Counted from the stretch's first letter, positions 8,392 to 19,783 are shown. The stretch is DNA of 64,000 nt from Holophagales bacterium (GCA_009845425.1 VXZQ01000017.1:273463-337462), one strand, 5' to 3'. Translations and numbers: made by a program. The notes: a model not told the origin generated them from the sequence alone.

Positions 8392-11304
8392 CTAGAACCG
8401 CTGGCCGATCCAGAACGTCGTGCGGCTGTCGCCCGACTCCTTGAGATCCCACTGGGTCGCGAAGTCCCAGTGCAGATCGAGGCCGAGCATCCGCACCGTG
8501 ATGCCGAAGCCGTAGGCGGCGATCGCGTCGTCCAGCCGGCTGTTCTCGGAGTCCCAGACGTTGAAGTCCTGGATACCGTCGAAGTAGGCGCCGGCGATAT
8601 CGACGAAGAAGCGCCCCTGGATCCCCTGGAAGGTCCAGATCGGCGTCACGAAGAAGTCGATCAGGGGGAAGCGCAGCTCGAGGTTCGTGAAGAAACCGTG
8701 GTCGCCGACCATGTCGCGAAAGTCGACGCCGCGCACCGTGTCGAGCCCGCCGAAGTACACCGGGCTGGGGAAGTTCCCTTGCCTCACGCTGCCGAAGAGC
8801 CGGGTCGCGAAGACACTGCGCCGGGTGAGCGGGAAGTACTTGCGCGCGTCGAGCTGGAACGTCTGCGTGAGTGCCCCGGAAGTCTCGAGATCGGGAGCGT
8901 ACTCCGCGGACAGGCGGTAGCGGTGCCCGCTCGAGGGACCGGCTGGTCCGAACACCGTCGTGTCGCCCACCAGGGCGGCCTGGATCACCGGGTAGTCATC
9001 CTCTCGCGGAGTGATGGTCGGGATCGGCCGGCCGAAGTCGTCCAGCAGCAGGTTGTAGTCGCTGTCCCGGGCATACTGCTGGAAGTCCAGCTTGCGGCGC
9101 ATGTAGCCGGCGCCCAACTCGAACCGACGGTAGAAGCTCATCGGATAGGAGATCGAGAAGATGGCGCCGGTCTGCTGGAAGAACGACCGGCCCCGCTCGT
9201 AGTACCCATACCTGTAGTTGGCGCCGATGTAGAAGGCCCGGTCGTCGAACAGCGACACCTGCCACTGCAGCCGCCTCGAGAGGTTCAGGTAGGTCACGTT
9301 GAACTGGGAGAAACTCTCGATCGAAGCGAATGTCGTGAACAGCCGCCTGTCACCCAGGAAGTCCGAAAACTGCAGGTAGACCTGGCCCAGGAAGGTCTGG
9401 TTGTCGTCAACGCCGACCGCGGTCTGGGCATCCTCCAGGAACAGTCGCCAACCCCGCTTGTCCTCCTTGTTCGACTCGTCGATCGACACCTGGATGTCCG
9501 GCTCGAAGAGGTCGATCGCCGGGATCGGCTCGGAGGGTTCGCCCAGGTCCACGATCTGGACTTCCCCGATCGGTTCGTCGACGTCCGTCTCGTAGAGGTC
9601 GAACCGGCCCTGCCAGAAACCGGTGTACACCAGCCGGTCGTCACTCCCGGCCCGGCCCAGAACGGTCGGCTGGAAGCAGCCGGTGATCGCGTTCGTGTAC
9701 TGGCGAAGCTCACCTGTCTCGATGTTCAGCCCGAAGATGTTCTCGGCGCCCGTGCGGTCCGACGTGAAGTACACCGTCCGGTCGTCGCTCGAGAACACCG
9801 GATCCGTGTTGTGGTGCTCGTCGCTGCCCAGGCGCACGCGCTCCATCGTCTCCAGGTTCAGACGGAACAGTTGGGCCATCTCACCCGGAATCGAGGAGAA
9901 GACGAGCCAGTTGCCGTCGTGAGAGTAAGACGGAGAACCGTCGAAGACCGCGTCGTTGGTCAGGTTCCGGATCTCCAGCGTTCCCAGGTCGAGCTGGAAG
10001 ATGTCGTACTGCCCGTTCTGGTTGCCGCCGAACGCGATGCTCCCGCCGTCCGGACTCCAGGCTGGCGCCGTTTGCTGCTCGATCTCCATGTCGATGACGC
10101 GGCGCACGCCCCCACCCAGGACATTGACGATGGCGAGTGAGTAGCCTGCCTCCTTACGCACGAAGGCCGCCAGCGAGTTGCCGTCGGGCGAGAACGCCAG
10201 GTCGCTGCCGTGCTTGCGGCCCAGGGTCAGCATCTGGGCGACGTAGTGGCGGAAGTCGGCCGTGTAGCCCCGCGTCAGGTTGCGGACCGGCTCGCGCTCC
10301 TGAGTGTCGAAGAGCACGATGTCGACGTCGCCCTGGAAGGTCGAGAACGCCGCCACCAGGTCACCGGAAGGAGAGGCCACCGGTGACGTCTCCTGGCTGC
10401 CCTGGGGGCGGGTGCGGAACGGCCGCCCGAAGTCGCTGGGTTCGCCGGTCGCCACCAGCTCGGGCAGGTACCGGTTGCGAAGCCAGCGACGGAACTCGAG
10501 GTCGAAGTCCTCCGGGTCCATGCGGAAGGCCCGTTCGATCGCCCGGCCCACCCGCGAACCGATCGTGTTCCTGAACTCGAACAGGAAGTCGATCACCCCG
10601 TCGGCCCCCCAGCGCTCCTCCATGAAGTCGAAGGCGGCGTGGCCGTAGCGGTAGGCGAAGAAGCCGCCCGCCTGGCCCGAGGTAATCGGCGGCAGGCGGT
10701 CGTTGACGACCGCATCCCGCAGGTACATCCGGTCGGAAGCGCTCTCATCCTCCGCGAAGTAGCTCGCCATGCCCTCCATCAGCCATTGCGGCGGGCTGTT
10801 CGTCATCGCGCGCCCGAGGCTGCCGCCGAAGAGGATGTGGTACTGGAAGATGTGAGTCAGCTCGTGGAGGATGAGCTCGTAGAGTTCGATGTCCGGCAGG
10901 TCGATGGGCAGAACCATCCGGAACCGCGCCGAGGTTGCGAAGGCCGCGACCCCCTCCGGGATGAAGTTGACCATCACGTTGTTCTGGAGGAAGTCGGAGT
11001 GCGTGTTGTAGATGATCAGCGGCGTCGGTTCCTGGATCTGGTAGTCCAGGTCGAGCGACAACTGGTCGTACGCGCTCTCCGCGAGTGACGCCACCTTCTG
11101 TAGCTGCGGCTCACTCTCGGAGTAGTAGTAGATGTCGAAGTGAGTCGAGTGGTAGATGCGCCAGTCGAAGTCCTCGTAGCGGATCTTGTTCTTGCCGAAG
11201 CCCTGCGCCTCGAGACCGACGGCCGCGCAGACCAGGAGCGCGCAGGCGAGGGCGGTGACGCGGATGGCCGGCATGCCAGCCGGCCGGAGTGGTGCTGAAC
11301 TCAC
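8392..11304 (-). CDS. secreted multidomain envelope protein: N-terminal HExxH zincin-like domain, PD40/TolB-type beta-propeller repeats, C-terminal predicted outer-membrane beta-barrel (ends ...FWIGQRF)
   Basis: GTG start at 11304, preceded by AAGGAGGAG SD that overlaps the upstream stop. It has a signal peptide. LHELTHIFQYH motif. Multiple AFSPDG/WSPDG/YSHDG PD40 repeats. The C-terminal 300 aa are rich in aromatic/alternating residues and end in Phe. Confidence 0.8.
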   Translation of the reverse strand: MSSAPLRPAGMPAIRVTALACALLVCAAVGLEAQGFGKNKIRYEDFDWRIYHSTHFDIYYYSESEPQLQKVASLAESAYDQLSLDLDYQIQEPTPLIIYNTHSDFLQNNVMVNFIPEGVAAFATSARFRMVLPIDLPDIELYELILHELTHIFQYHILFGGSLGRAMTNSPPQWLMEGMASYFAEDESASDRMYLRDAVVNDRLPPITSGQAGGFFAYRYGHAAFDFMEERWGADGVIDFLFEFRNTIGSRVGRAIERAFRMDPEDFDLEFRRWLRNRYLPELVATGEPSDFGRPFRTRPQGSQETSPVASPSGDLVAAFSTFQGDVDIVLFDTQEREPVRNLTRGYTADFRHYVAQMLTLGRKHGSDLAFSPDGNSLAAFVRKEAGYSLAIVNVLGGGVRRVIDMEIEQQTAPAWSPDGGSIAFGGNQNGQYDIFQLDLGTLEIRNLTNDAVFDGSPSYSHDGNWLVFSSIPGEMAQLFRLNLETMERVRLGSDEHHNTDPVFSSDDRTVYFTSDRTGAENIFGLNIETGELRQYTNAITGCFQPTVLGRAGSDDRLVYTGFWQGRFDLYETDVDEPIGEVQIVDLGEPSEPIPAIDLFEPDIQVSIDESNKEDKRGWRLFLEDAQTAVGVDDNQTFLGQVYLQFSDFLGDRRLFTTFASIESFSQFNVTYLNLSRRLQWQVSLFDDRAFYIGANYRYGYYERGRSFFQQTGAIFSISYPMSFYRRFELGAGYMRRKLDFQQYARDSDYNLLLDDFGRPIPTITPREDDYPVIQAALVGDTTVFGPAGPSSGHRYRLSAEYAPDLETSGALTQTFQLDARKYFPLTRRSVFATRLFGSVRQGNFPSPVYFGGLDTVRGVDFRDMVGDHGFFTNLELRFPLIDFFVTPIWTFQGIQGRFFVDIAGAYFDGIQDFNVWDSENSRLDDAIAAYGFGITVRMLGLDLHWDFATQWDLKESGDSRTTFWIGQRF

Positions 11305-11313
11305 TGCTCCTCC

Positions 11314-12042
11314 TTAGGGCGTGAAGATCACGCGCGAGACTTCAATGTCCTTCTGCGTGAACACGCCGAGAATGCGGTCCTCCAGCGCGTACAGGTTCTC
11401 GAACATCCCCTGCAGCGGGTCCGCCTGCTCGCCCTCGAAGCTCTTGAAGTCCTTGAAGTTGTCGTTGTAGATCAGTTCGCCGGTCGAACCGTCGAAAACC
11501 ATGACCACGATGTCGTACTCGAAGCCTGTCTGCTCGACGAGTACCTGCCGGTACATGGTGCGGCCATCGAACGGCGAGATGTACTCCTCCGTGCGATAGC
11601 CGGACCGGTCCTGGATATCGAAGTCCAGGGTGCCGGCGAGGATGAGGTCCGACTGCGTGCTCTCGCCGAGATTGCGCCAGAAGTCCTCGTCCCTGGCCAG
11701 CATCTCGAGGTCGTACGTCGGGTAGTCGATCCGCCCCGCCTCGACGATCCGCAGGTCCGTCTCGCGACGGAGCACCTTGTTCAGGTAGCGCTCGAACTCA
11801 CCCTGGACGTCGATGTCGGATCCTTCGATCCGGCCCTCGCCTTCCTGGCTGACAACCAGAAAGGGTGCCGGCAGCAGCGTGTCGCGGCCGGTCAGGTCGA
11901 TCCGCGCCCGCATCGGCAGTTTCAGCCTCACTTCGACAGTCCCTTCCGCACTCGCCGGAGTCGCTGTCAGCGGCACCAGCAAGCCGACCAGGAGCGCAGC
12001 CGACGCCGCGATTGCCGATCCTCTAATGGCAGCTTGCGTCAC
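11314..12042 (-). CDS. secreted hypothetical protein (signal peptide), co-operonic with the large envelope protein
   Basis: GTG start at 12042 with GGAGGTG SD. N-terminal AIAASAALLVGLLVPLTATPASA signal. No recognisable family. Confidence 0.65.
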   Translation of the reverse strand: MTQAAIRGSAIAASAALLVGLLVPLTATPASAEGTVEVRLKLPMRARIDLTGRDTLLPAPFLVVSQEGEGRIEGSDIDVQGEFERYLNKVLRRETDLRIVEAGRIDYPTYDLEMLARDEDFWRNLGESTQSDLILAGTLDFDIQDRSGYRTEEYISPFDGRTMYRQVLVEQTGFEYDIVVMVFDGSTGELIYNDNFKDFKSFEGEQADPLQGMFENLYALEDRILGVFTQKDIEVSRVIFTP

Positions 12043-12114
12043 GCGTCACCTCCAACCTCGGGGCAAGCAAGAACTGTTCCATGACCTCCGGGCCGACCAC
12101 TGCCGTGAGCCATG

Positions 12115-12624
12115 TCACGGCGCATCGGCAAGCGGTCCGCTCGCACCGCCTCCACCGCTCTCGGTGGAGGCGGGCTGGACGGCTTCCGCCGCCACTGGCG
12201 ACCCCTCTTCGTCGTCCTCCCGGTCACCCTTGAAGTTCTGGTAGTACTCGACGAAGCGCGAGTAGTTCCGCCGGACATCCCGCTCGCGAGGCGCCAGCCG
12301 CAGCGCCTGCCGGTAGTAGCTCAGGGCTTCCTCGAACAGGCCCAGCGCTTCATGCGCGACCGCGATGTTGCTCAGGATCGCCGGGTGTTCCGGCTCGATC
12401 TTGCGAGCCTGTTCGAACCGGAAAAGGGCCTCGCTCCAGAGGCCCCGGTTGGCCATGTCGACGCCGAACTGCCACTGCTGCTTGGCCTCGGGGGCCACCT
12501 TGCGCTTCTGCGCTTCGGCGGTGCCGGAAATCGTCGCCAGGACCAGCACTCCCGCGATCAGCGCCAGAACGCGCGGCCGGCGGTAAGCAGTGCGCGTCAT
12601 CGAGCCAGTATAGATCACGGACAT
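12115..12624 (-). CDS. secreted TPR-repeat protein
   Basis: Signal peptide RVLALIAGVLVLATISGTAEA. TPR-like WSEALFRFEQARKIEPEHP...ALGLFEEALSYYRQALRLAP. Start at 12624 (MSVIY) or 12600 (MTRTAY). Confidence 0.7.
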   Translation of the reverse strand: MSVIYTGSMTRTAYRRPRVLALIAGVLVLATISGTAEAQKRKVAPEAKQQWQFGVDMANRGLWSEALFRFEQARKIEPEHPAILSNIAVAHEALGLFEEALSYYRQALRLAPRERDVRRNYSRFVEYYQNFKGDREDDEEGSPVAAEAVQPASTESGGGGASGPLADAP

Positions 12625-12689
12625 GGAATCCGTCTCTGTCTCTGAGCGCCGTTCCAGCAGAGCGCACGACCCGGGAGGAAGGCAGCGCG

Positions 12690-13859
12690 ATGGCAGAAAA
12701 ACCGGTCCCGAACGGGAACACTCCCAGAGACGCGGACGATGTCCGGAAAACTCTTGTCGCACTGAATCTGGTGCACGGAGACCGCGGTCTCATCTGCGCG
12801 CTCGCCCAACGCCTCCGCACCGCCGGCGAACTCCGCAGCGACCGCTTCGCCGAGGAAGCGGCCAGCAGCCTCGAAGCGCCATTGGACAGGGTTCGGACCA
12901 TCCTGTTCGCCGCGCGCGGCCGCCTCGACGACGCCCGCGCGGAGATGGCGCGGGCAAGCGAGGACGGCGTCGACATCGTCACCCTGTTCGATCCAGAGTA
13001 CCCACCGGCGCTCGCCGACCTGGGACTGCAGGCGCCTCCCGTCCTCTACGTCCGGGGCCGCTTGAGCGTGGCGCCCGGCATCTCGATCGTCGGTTCGCGC
13101 AAGGCGGACGCGTACGGTCTCGAGGTCGCGGCCTGGTTCGCGCGCCGCCTGGCCGCGGCCGGCCTGGTCATCATCTCCGGATTCGCCCGCGGCATCGACC
13201 AGGCGGCCCACCGCAGCGCCCTGGCGGCCCGCGCCGGCACCGGGAGCACCGCCGCCGTGCTCGGTTGCGGCATCGACGTCGACTACCCCCGCAACAGCCG
13301 CCGGACCGCGGCCGAGATCGCACGGCACGGCTGTCTCATCACCGAGTTTCCTCTCGGCCGTCAGCCCCGTGCCCACCACTTTCCGATCCGGAATCGCCTC
13401 ATCGCCGCCCTCGGGTTCGCTTCGCTTGTAGTCCGCGCCGCCCGGCGCTCGGGCTCCCTGATCACGGCGCGCCTGGCCCTCGACCTCGGGCGCGACGTCT
13501 ACGCGGTTCCGGGTTCCGTCCTCTCCCAGGAGTCCGCGGGCGCCCACCTGCTGCTGCGAGACGGAGCGATCCCCGCCCTCGATCCCGATGCCATGCTCGA
13601 GATCCTGCCCACGTCGATCCTCGCCCAACTCGAACGCCCTCAGCGAGACACGGCCGAACCGACTCGATCCACCTCCTCCGGCGTGTCCGACGTCGACGAC
13701 CTCCTGGTCGCCCTCAGGGAAGGCGCTCGAACGCCGGAAGAACTCGCATCCCGACTCCAACGACCAGTGCCCGGCGTCCTCGCCACCCTCGCCCGGCTGG
13801 AAGTCGACGGACTCGTGCGCCGCTACGAAGGAGCGAACTACGCCCTGATGGCACGCTAG
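12690..13859 (+). CDS. dprA: DNA-processing protein DprA (Smf)
   Basis: Rossmann-like DprA core (VGSRKADAYG...ISGFARGIDQAAHR...VLGCGIDVDYPR) plus a C-terminal winged-helix region. Confidence 0.9.
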   Translation: MAEKPVPNGNTPRDADDVRKTLVALNLVHGDRGLICALAQRLRTAGELRSDRFAEEAASSLEAPLDRVRTILFAARGRLDDARAEMARASEDGVDIVTLFDPEYPPALADLGLQAPPVLYVRGRLSVAPGISIVGSRKADAYGLEVAAWFARRLAAAGLVIISGFARGIDQAAHRSALAARAGTGSTAAVLGCGIDVDYPRNSRRTAAEIARHGCLITEFPLGRQPRAHHFPIRNRLIAALGFASLVVRAARRSGSLITARLALDLGRDVYAVPGSVLSQESAGAHLLLRDGAIPALDPDAMLEILPTSILAQLERPQRDTAEPTRSTSSGVSDVDDLLVALREGARTPEELASRLQRPVPGVLATLARLEVDGLVRRYEGANYALMAR

Positions 13860-13869
13860 CGCCTTCCTC

Positions 13870-16566
13870 CTAGCGCCGCACCGTCTTCTTCTTCGCCGGC
13901 CTCCGCTTCCGCGCCGGACGGCGCCGGGGCGCCCTGGGGTTCTTGCCCTGGGCCACGAGCTTCGCCTCCCGCGCCGCCAGGAGTTCGACCGCGGCTTCCA
14001 GGTCGACGTCCTGTGGATCCTTGCCCTTGGGCACCGTGGCGTTGACCTGACCATCCGTTACATAGGGACCGAAGCGCCCCGTCCTGATGGAGAGAGCGAG
14101 ACCGCTCTGCGGGTGTTCACCCAGCTCCTTTAGCACCGACGGCGACGAGCCCCGGCGGCGCTTCGGCTGGCGCAGCAGCGCCAGGGCCTCGTCGAGGCCG
14201 ATCGTGGCCATCTGCTCCTGGCTCTCCAGGCTGCGGCTCTCCTTGCCGCAGCGGATGTAGGCGCCGTATCTCCCGTCCTGCACCGTGATCACCTCATCGC
14301 TCTCGGGATGGCGGCCGACCTCGCGCGGAAAGGACAGGAGCAGGAGCGCTTCGTCGAGAGTGAGACTCGTCCGATCCATCGACGGCCACAGGCTGGCCAT
14401 CTTCGGCTTCGCCGCTCCGCTTCCGCGCTTCCTCCCCGATCCACCCGGGACGGCGTCGCCCAACTGGACGTAGTCGCCGTAGCGGCCCGTCTTGACGTAG
14501 ACGGGTTCGCCGGTTTCCGGATGGTGGCCAAGTGGACCGCTCTGTTCCGACACTCTCTCGAGCATCGAGAGGGCCCGCTCGAGAGTGAGTTCATCGGGCG
14601 GCACGCCGTCCTCCAGCGAAACCCGTTCCCCGTCGTCGCCGGCCTGGATGTACGGACCATAGCGCCCGACCCGGACGGCGACTTCGCGGCCCTCTTCGTC
14701 CTCGCCCAGCAGGAGGGAACACACCGCGCGGGCGTCGATATCGTCGATCCCCTCACCGACGAGCGACTGCAGGCCCCTGCGGCCGGCGACCCCCGGTCCC
14801 GGCGCGCGGCCGAAGTAGAAGTTCCGCAGCCACGGCGTGGCCTCTCGCTCTCCCCCGGCGATCGCGTCGAGATCGCTCTCCATTCGCGCCGTGAAGTCCA
14901 GGTCCACCAGATCCCCCAGGTGCTGCTCCAGGAGCCGGGTCACGGCGAAGGCGAGGAAGGTCGGCACCAGGGCCGACCCTTTCTTCCAGACGTACCCCCG
15001 ATCGACGATGGTCTGGAGGATCGCGGCGTACGTCGACGGCCGGCCCACGCCCTGCTTTTCCAGCTCGCGGACCAGGCTGGCCTCGGTGTAGCGCGCGGGC
15101 GGCTGGGTGGTGTGGCTTTTCGGCTCGACGGTCGCCACCGCGACCGTATCCCCCCGGCGGAGTGGCGGCAGGAAACGCTCCTCGTCTTCCGCCCGGGTGC
15201 GCGGATCGTCGCGACCCTCCACGTAGATACGAAGGAAACCGGCGAAACGAAGCACCCGGCCGGAGGCGTTCAGTTGCACCGCGCCGACCCCGGGGGTGGA
15301 CGTCTCGAGGAGCACCGTCGTGGTGGTGCCGGTGGCGTCCTTCATTTGGGACGCCAGCGTCCGCTTCCAGATCAACTCGTAAAGGCGCAGCGAGTCCCGG
15401 TCGAGGGCTCCCCGCAACTGGTCCGGTGTGCGGAAGCTGGTGCCGGCCGGCCGAATCGCCTCGTGCGCCTCCTGGGCGTTCGCTCTCCGGGCATAGACAC
15501 GCGCCTTGCCCGGCAGGTACTCGGAGCCGTAGAGATCGGCGACCTGCCGCCGCGCGGCCCCGATCGCCTGCCCGGAGAGCGCGGTCGAGTCCGTGCGCAT
15601 GTAGGTGATGTAGCCGTTCTCGTACAGCCCCTGGGCCACCCTCATCGTGCGCTGGGCCGTGTACCGGAGCTTGCGCGCGGCCTCCTGCTGGAGGGTCGAG
15701 GTGATGAAGGGCGCGTAGGGACGGCGGGTGAACGGCTGCTCCTTCACCTCGGCGACCACCGGACGGGTCGAGGGCAGCTCCTCGCCCAGGGTCCGCGCCT
15801 CGGTCTCCAACAGCAGATGGGCCCTGGTCTTCAGCTTGCCCGTTGTACGGTCGAAGTCCCGTCCGCGAGCCACCGTCCTGCCGCCGATCGCCGACACCCG
15901 TGCGGGAAAGCGTCGCGCCTGTCCGTCCTCCGTCTCGAGCTCCACCTCGACGGTCCAGTAGCCCGCAGGCACGAAGGCCATCCGCTCGCGCTCCCGCTCG
16001 ACGACGATTCGGGTCGCGACGCTCTGCACGCGGCCGGCGGACAGACGCGGCTGTACCTTCTTCCAGAGCACCGGGGAGACCTCGTACCCGTAGAGCCGGT
16101 CCAGCACCCGCCGGGCTTCCTGGGCGTCGACCAGACGGCGGTCGATGTCCCGCGTCCTGCCCAGCGCCGCCTCGACCGCGGACCGGGTGATCTCGTGGAA
16201 GACCATCCGGCGCACCGGGACCTTGGGCTTGAGCACCTCCTTCAGGTGCCACGCGATCGCCTCTCCCTCGCGATCCTCATCCGTCGCGAGCACGAGTTCG
16301 TCGGCATCGCGCAGCGCCTTGCGGAGCTTGGTGATCTGCTCCTTCTTTTCGCGCGGAATCACGTAGAGCGGATCGAAGCCGCCTTCGATGTCGACCCCGA
16401 GGCGGGCCCATGGACGGCCGCGATACTTCTGCGGCACCTCGGCGGCGGTCCGAGGCAGGTCCCGGATGTGTCCGATCGACGACTCCACCCGGTAGCCCGG
16501 CCCGAGGTAGCGCTCGATCGTCCGGGCCTTGGCCGGCGACTCCACGATGACGAGTGAGCTAGCCAT
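13870..16566 (-). CDS. topA: DNA topoisomerase I
   Basis: TOPRIM LVIVESPAKARTIERYLG, active-site region, C-terminal repeats and a Lys/Arg-rich tail. ATG at 16566 (MASSLVIV). The track ORF carries a 19-aa upstream extension. Confidence 0.93.
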   Translation of the reverse strand: MASSLVIVESPAKARTIERYLGPGYRVESSIGHIRDLPRTAAEVPQKYRGRPWARLGVDIEGGFDPLYVIPREKKEQITKLRKALRDADELVLATDEDREGEAIAWHLKEVLKPKVPVRRMVFHEITRSAVEAALGRTRDIDRRLVDAQEARRVLDRLYGYEVSPVLWKKVQPRLSAGRVQSVATRIVVERERERMAFVPAGYWTVEVELETEDGQARRFPARVSAIGGRTVARGRDFDRTTGKLKTRAHLLLETEARTLGEELPSTRPVVAEVKEQPFTRRPYAPFITSTLQQEAARKLRYTAQRTMRVAQGLYENGYITYMRTDSTALSGQAIGAARRQVADLYGSEYLPGKARVYARRANAQEAHEAIRPAGTSFRTPDQLRGALDRDSLRLYELIWKRTLASQMKDATGTTTTVLLETSTPGVGAVQLNASGRVLRFAGFLRIYVEGRDDPRTRAEDEERFLPPLRRGDTVAVATVEPKSHTTQPPARYTEASLVRELEKQGVGRPSTYAAILQTIVDRGYVWKKGSALVPTFLAFAVTRLLEQHLGDLVDLDFTARMESDLDAIAGGEREATPWLRNFYFGRAPGPGVAGRRGLQSLVGEGIDDIDARAVCSLLLGEDEEGREVAVRVGRYGPYIQAGDDGERVSLEDGVPPDELTLERALSMLERVSEQSGPLGHHPETGEPVYVKTGRYGDYVQLGDAVPGGSGRKRGSGAAKPKMASLWPSMDRTSLTLDEALLLLSFPREVGRHPESDEVITVQDGRYGAYIRCGKESRSLESQEQMATIGLDEALALLRQPKRRRGSSPSVLKELGEHPQSGLALSIRTGRFGPYVTDGQVNATVPKGKDPQDVDLEAAVELLAAREAKLVAQGKNPRAPRRRPARKRRPAKKKTVRR

Positions 16567-16632
16567 ACGCGCGGCGACGATAGTAGAGCGGTGAACCTTG
16601 TCAAGCCGGCGGGGCCTTGCCATGATGCGTCA

Positions 16633-18027
<1,395 letters not shown>

Positions 18028-18970
18028 TCGCTGACTTCCTGGAGTACCTGGAGCTGGAGCGCAATTGCTCCGAACACACCGTGCGTGCGTACGGCCGGGA
18101 TCTCGCGGCCTTCGCCGAGTTCCGAACCGCCAGCGGCAGCGATGACCAGAACCTCGACGACATCGACCAGCTGCTGGTCCGGTCCTTCGTCGCCGCTCTC
18201 AACCAGCGTCGACTGGCCCGGCGAACCCAGGGTCGCCACCTCTCGGCGCTGCGCGGCCTCTTCCGCTACGCCTGTCTGATGGGCCGGATGCAATCGAACC
18301 CGGCCGAGTCCGTGCCCACGCCGAAGGTCGAGAAGACCCTGCCGCGCCACCTGCGCCCCGGCGAGATCGAAGTCCTGCTTGAGGCTCCCGCCGGCCGCGA
18401 GGGACCGCTCGGCCTCCGGGACCGCGCGCTACTCGAACTGCTCTACGCCTCCGGTCTCCGGGTCGGTGAGCTGGTCGCGCTGAACTGGCGCGATATCGAC
18501 CTCGCGGCCAGGGTGCTCCGCGTCGTCGGCAAGGGAGACCGCGAACGGATGACGCCCTTCGGCGGGCCGGCCGAGCAGGCTCTCCGCCAGTGGCTCGACG
18601 CCTGGGAAGAGGTGTTCCGGCCTCGGGGCGGCGCCGAGGACGGGAACCTGGAACCGGTCTTCCTGAACCGGAACGGGGGCCGACTCTCGGCGCGGTCCGT
18701 TCGGCGCGTCATCGACCGCTACGTCGAGGAGACGGCACAGGCGGCGGGGGCTCACCCGCACGCCCTGCGCCACAGCTTCGCGACTCACCTGCTCGAATCG
18801 GGCGCCGACCTGCGTTCGATCCAGGAACTCCTCGGCCACGCTTCGCTCTCGACCACTCAGCGCTACATGCACGTGGATACGGGACGCCTGCTACAGGTCT
18901 ACCGCGAAAGCCATCCCAGGGCGAAAGGCGCCTGAGCTCCTTCCCGACAGTTCAAGAAGAGGAATCTCGA

Positions 18971-19783
18971 ATGAAACTCCCTGCCGCCCGCCGCAGCTCC
19001 GTACTGGCCATGGTCGCGTGCCTGACGATCTCCGGCGCCGCCATCGCCCAGGACGACCTGCGCGGCTTCCAGCTCGTTGGCGACTACCAGCTCTTCCTGC
19101 AGGGACAGGAAGCGCCCGACGCGCAGCTCTACCTCTCCCGCACCGCGGGCGCCTTCCTCGTGGTCGCCGACGGTCTGCCGTCACCGGTGCTGCTGAGCGC
19201 CCGCAATCAGATGACCCGCAAGGTCCAGCTCCTCAAGATCTCCCCGGCCGGCGAGGACACACTCGATCTCCTGCCCGGCGCCCTGTTCGGTCCCCCGATG
19301 CCGTTCCGGCCAATCCCCAAGGGACTCGAGTTCGCGGTCGATGGCGTCCTGGCCCAACTCCGGCAGAGACCCTCCTGGGCCGGCGAGGCGACCCTGACGG
19401 ACCTCTACACGCACGAACCGGGCTATCGCCGCGACGCCAGCTCCTACGAGAGCGACCCGGCGGCCGTTGCCGAAGCGGCCGCGCTCGGCGCCGGGATCGA
19501 GGTCCGGGTCGTGTTCGGTTCCTGGTGCCACGTCTGCGAGCGGTTCATGCCGCGCGGCCTGAAGGTCCACGAGGAGCTCCAGGACTCGCCCGTTCGGTTC
19601 ACCTACTACGGCCTCGGGGACGACAACCCGTGGGGTGACGCCGAGGTGGACCGTCTCGGGGTCACGGAACTCCCGACAGCGATCGTCTACCGGAACGGCG
19701 AGGAGATCGGCCGTTTCATCGGCGGCCCAGGCTGGACCCGTCCCGAAGTGTCCCTGCTCAACATTCTGCGAGAGAATCCGTAG
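18971..19783 (+). CDS. secreted thioredoxin-fold protein (WCHVC motif)
   Basis: ATG at 18971 with AGAGGA SD. Signal peptide MKLPAARRSSVLAMVACLTISGAAIAQ. C-terminal VVFGSWCHVCERF CxxC thioredoxin-like motif. The track ORF's upstream extension overlaps xerC and is rejected. Confidence 0.7.
   Translation: MKLPAARRSSVLAMVACLTISGAAIAQDDLRGFQLVGDYQLFLQGQEAPDAQLYLSRTAGAFLVVADGLPSPVLLSARNQMTRKVQLLKISPAGEDTLDLLPGALFGPPMPFRPIPKGLEFAVDGVLAQLRQRPSWAGEATLTDLYTHEPGYRRDASSYESDPAAVAEAAALGAGIEVRVVFGSWCHVCERFMPRGLKVHEELQDSPVRFTYYGLGDDNPWGDAEVDRLGVTELPTAIVYRNGEEIGRFIGGPGWTRPEVSLLNILRENP

Noticed and set aside
8239-10140. 633-aa plus-strand ORF
   Set aside because: Antisense to the 970-aa envelope protein gene. 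No motifs. A high-GC artefact.
12623-13873. 416-aa plus-strand Arg/Pro-rich ORF
   Set aside because: A different frame over dprA. DprA motifs are found only in the 12690..13859 frame.
14308-16557. 749-aa plus-strand ORF and a 499-aa minus-strand ORF (14753..16252)
   Set aside because: Both are alternative frames over topA. Their low-complexity R/G/P-rich products are artefacts. topA homology is unambiguous.
18590-18970. N-terminal extension of the thioredoxin-like ORF, overlapping xerC
   Set aside because: It lies out of frame within xerC catalytic-domain coding sequence. An internal ATG with SD and signal peptide at 18971 is the real start.
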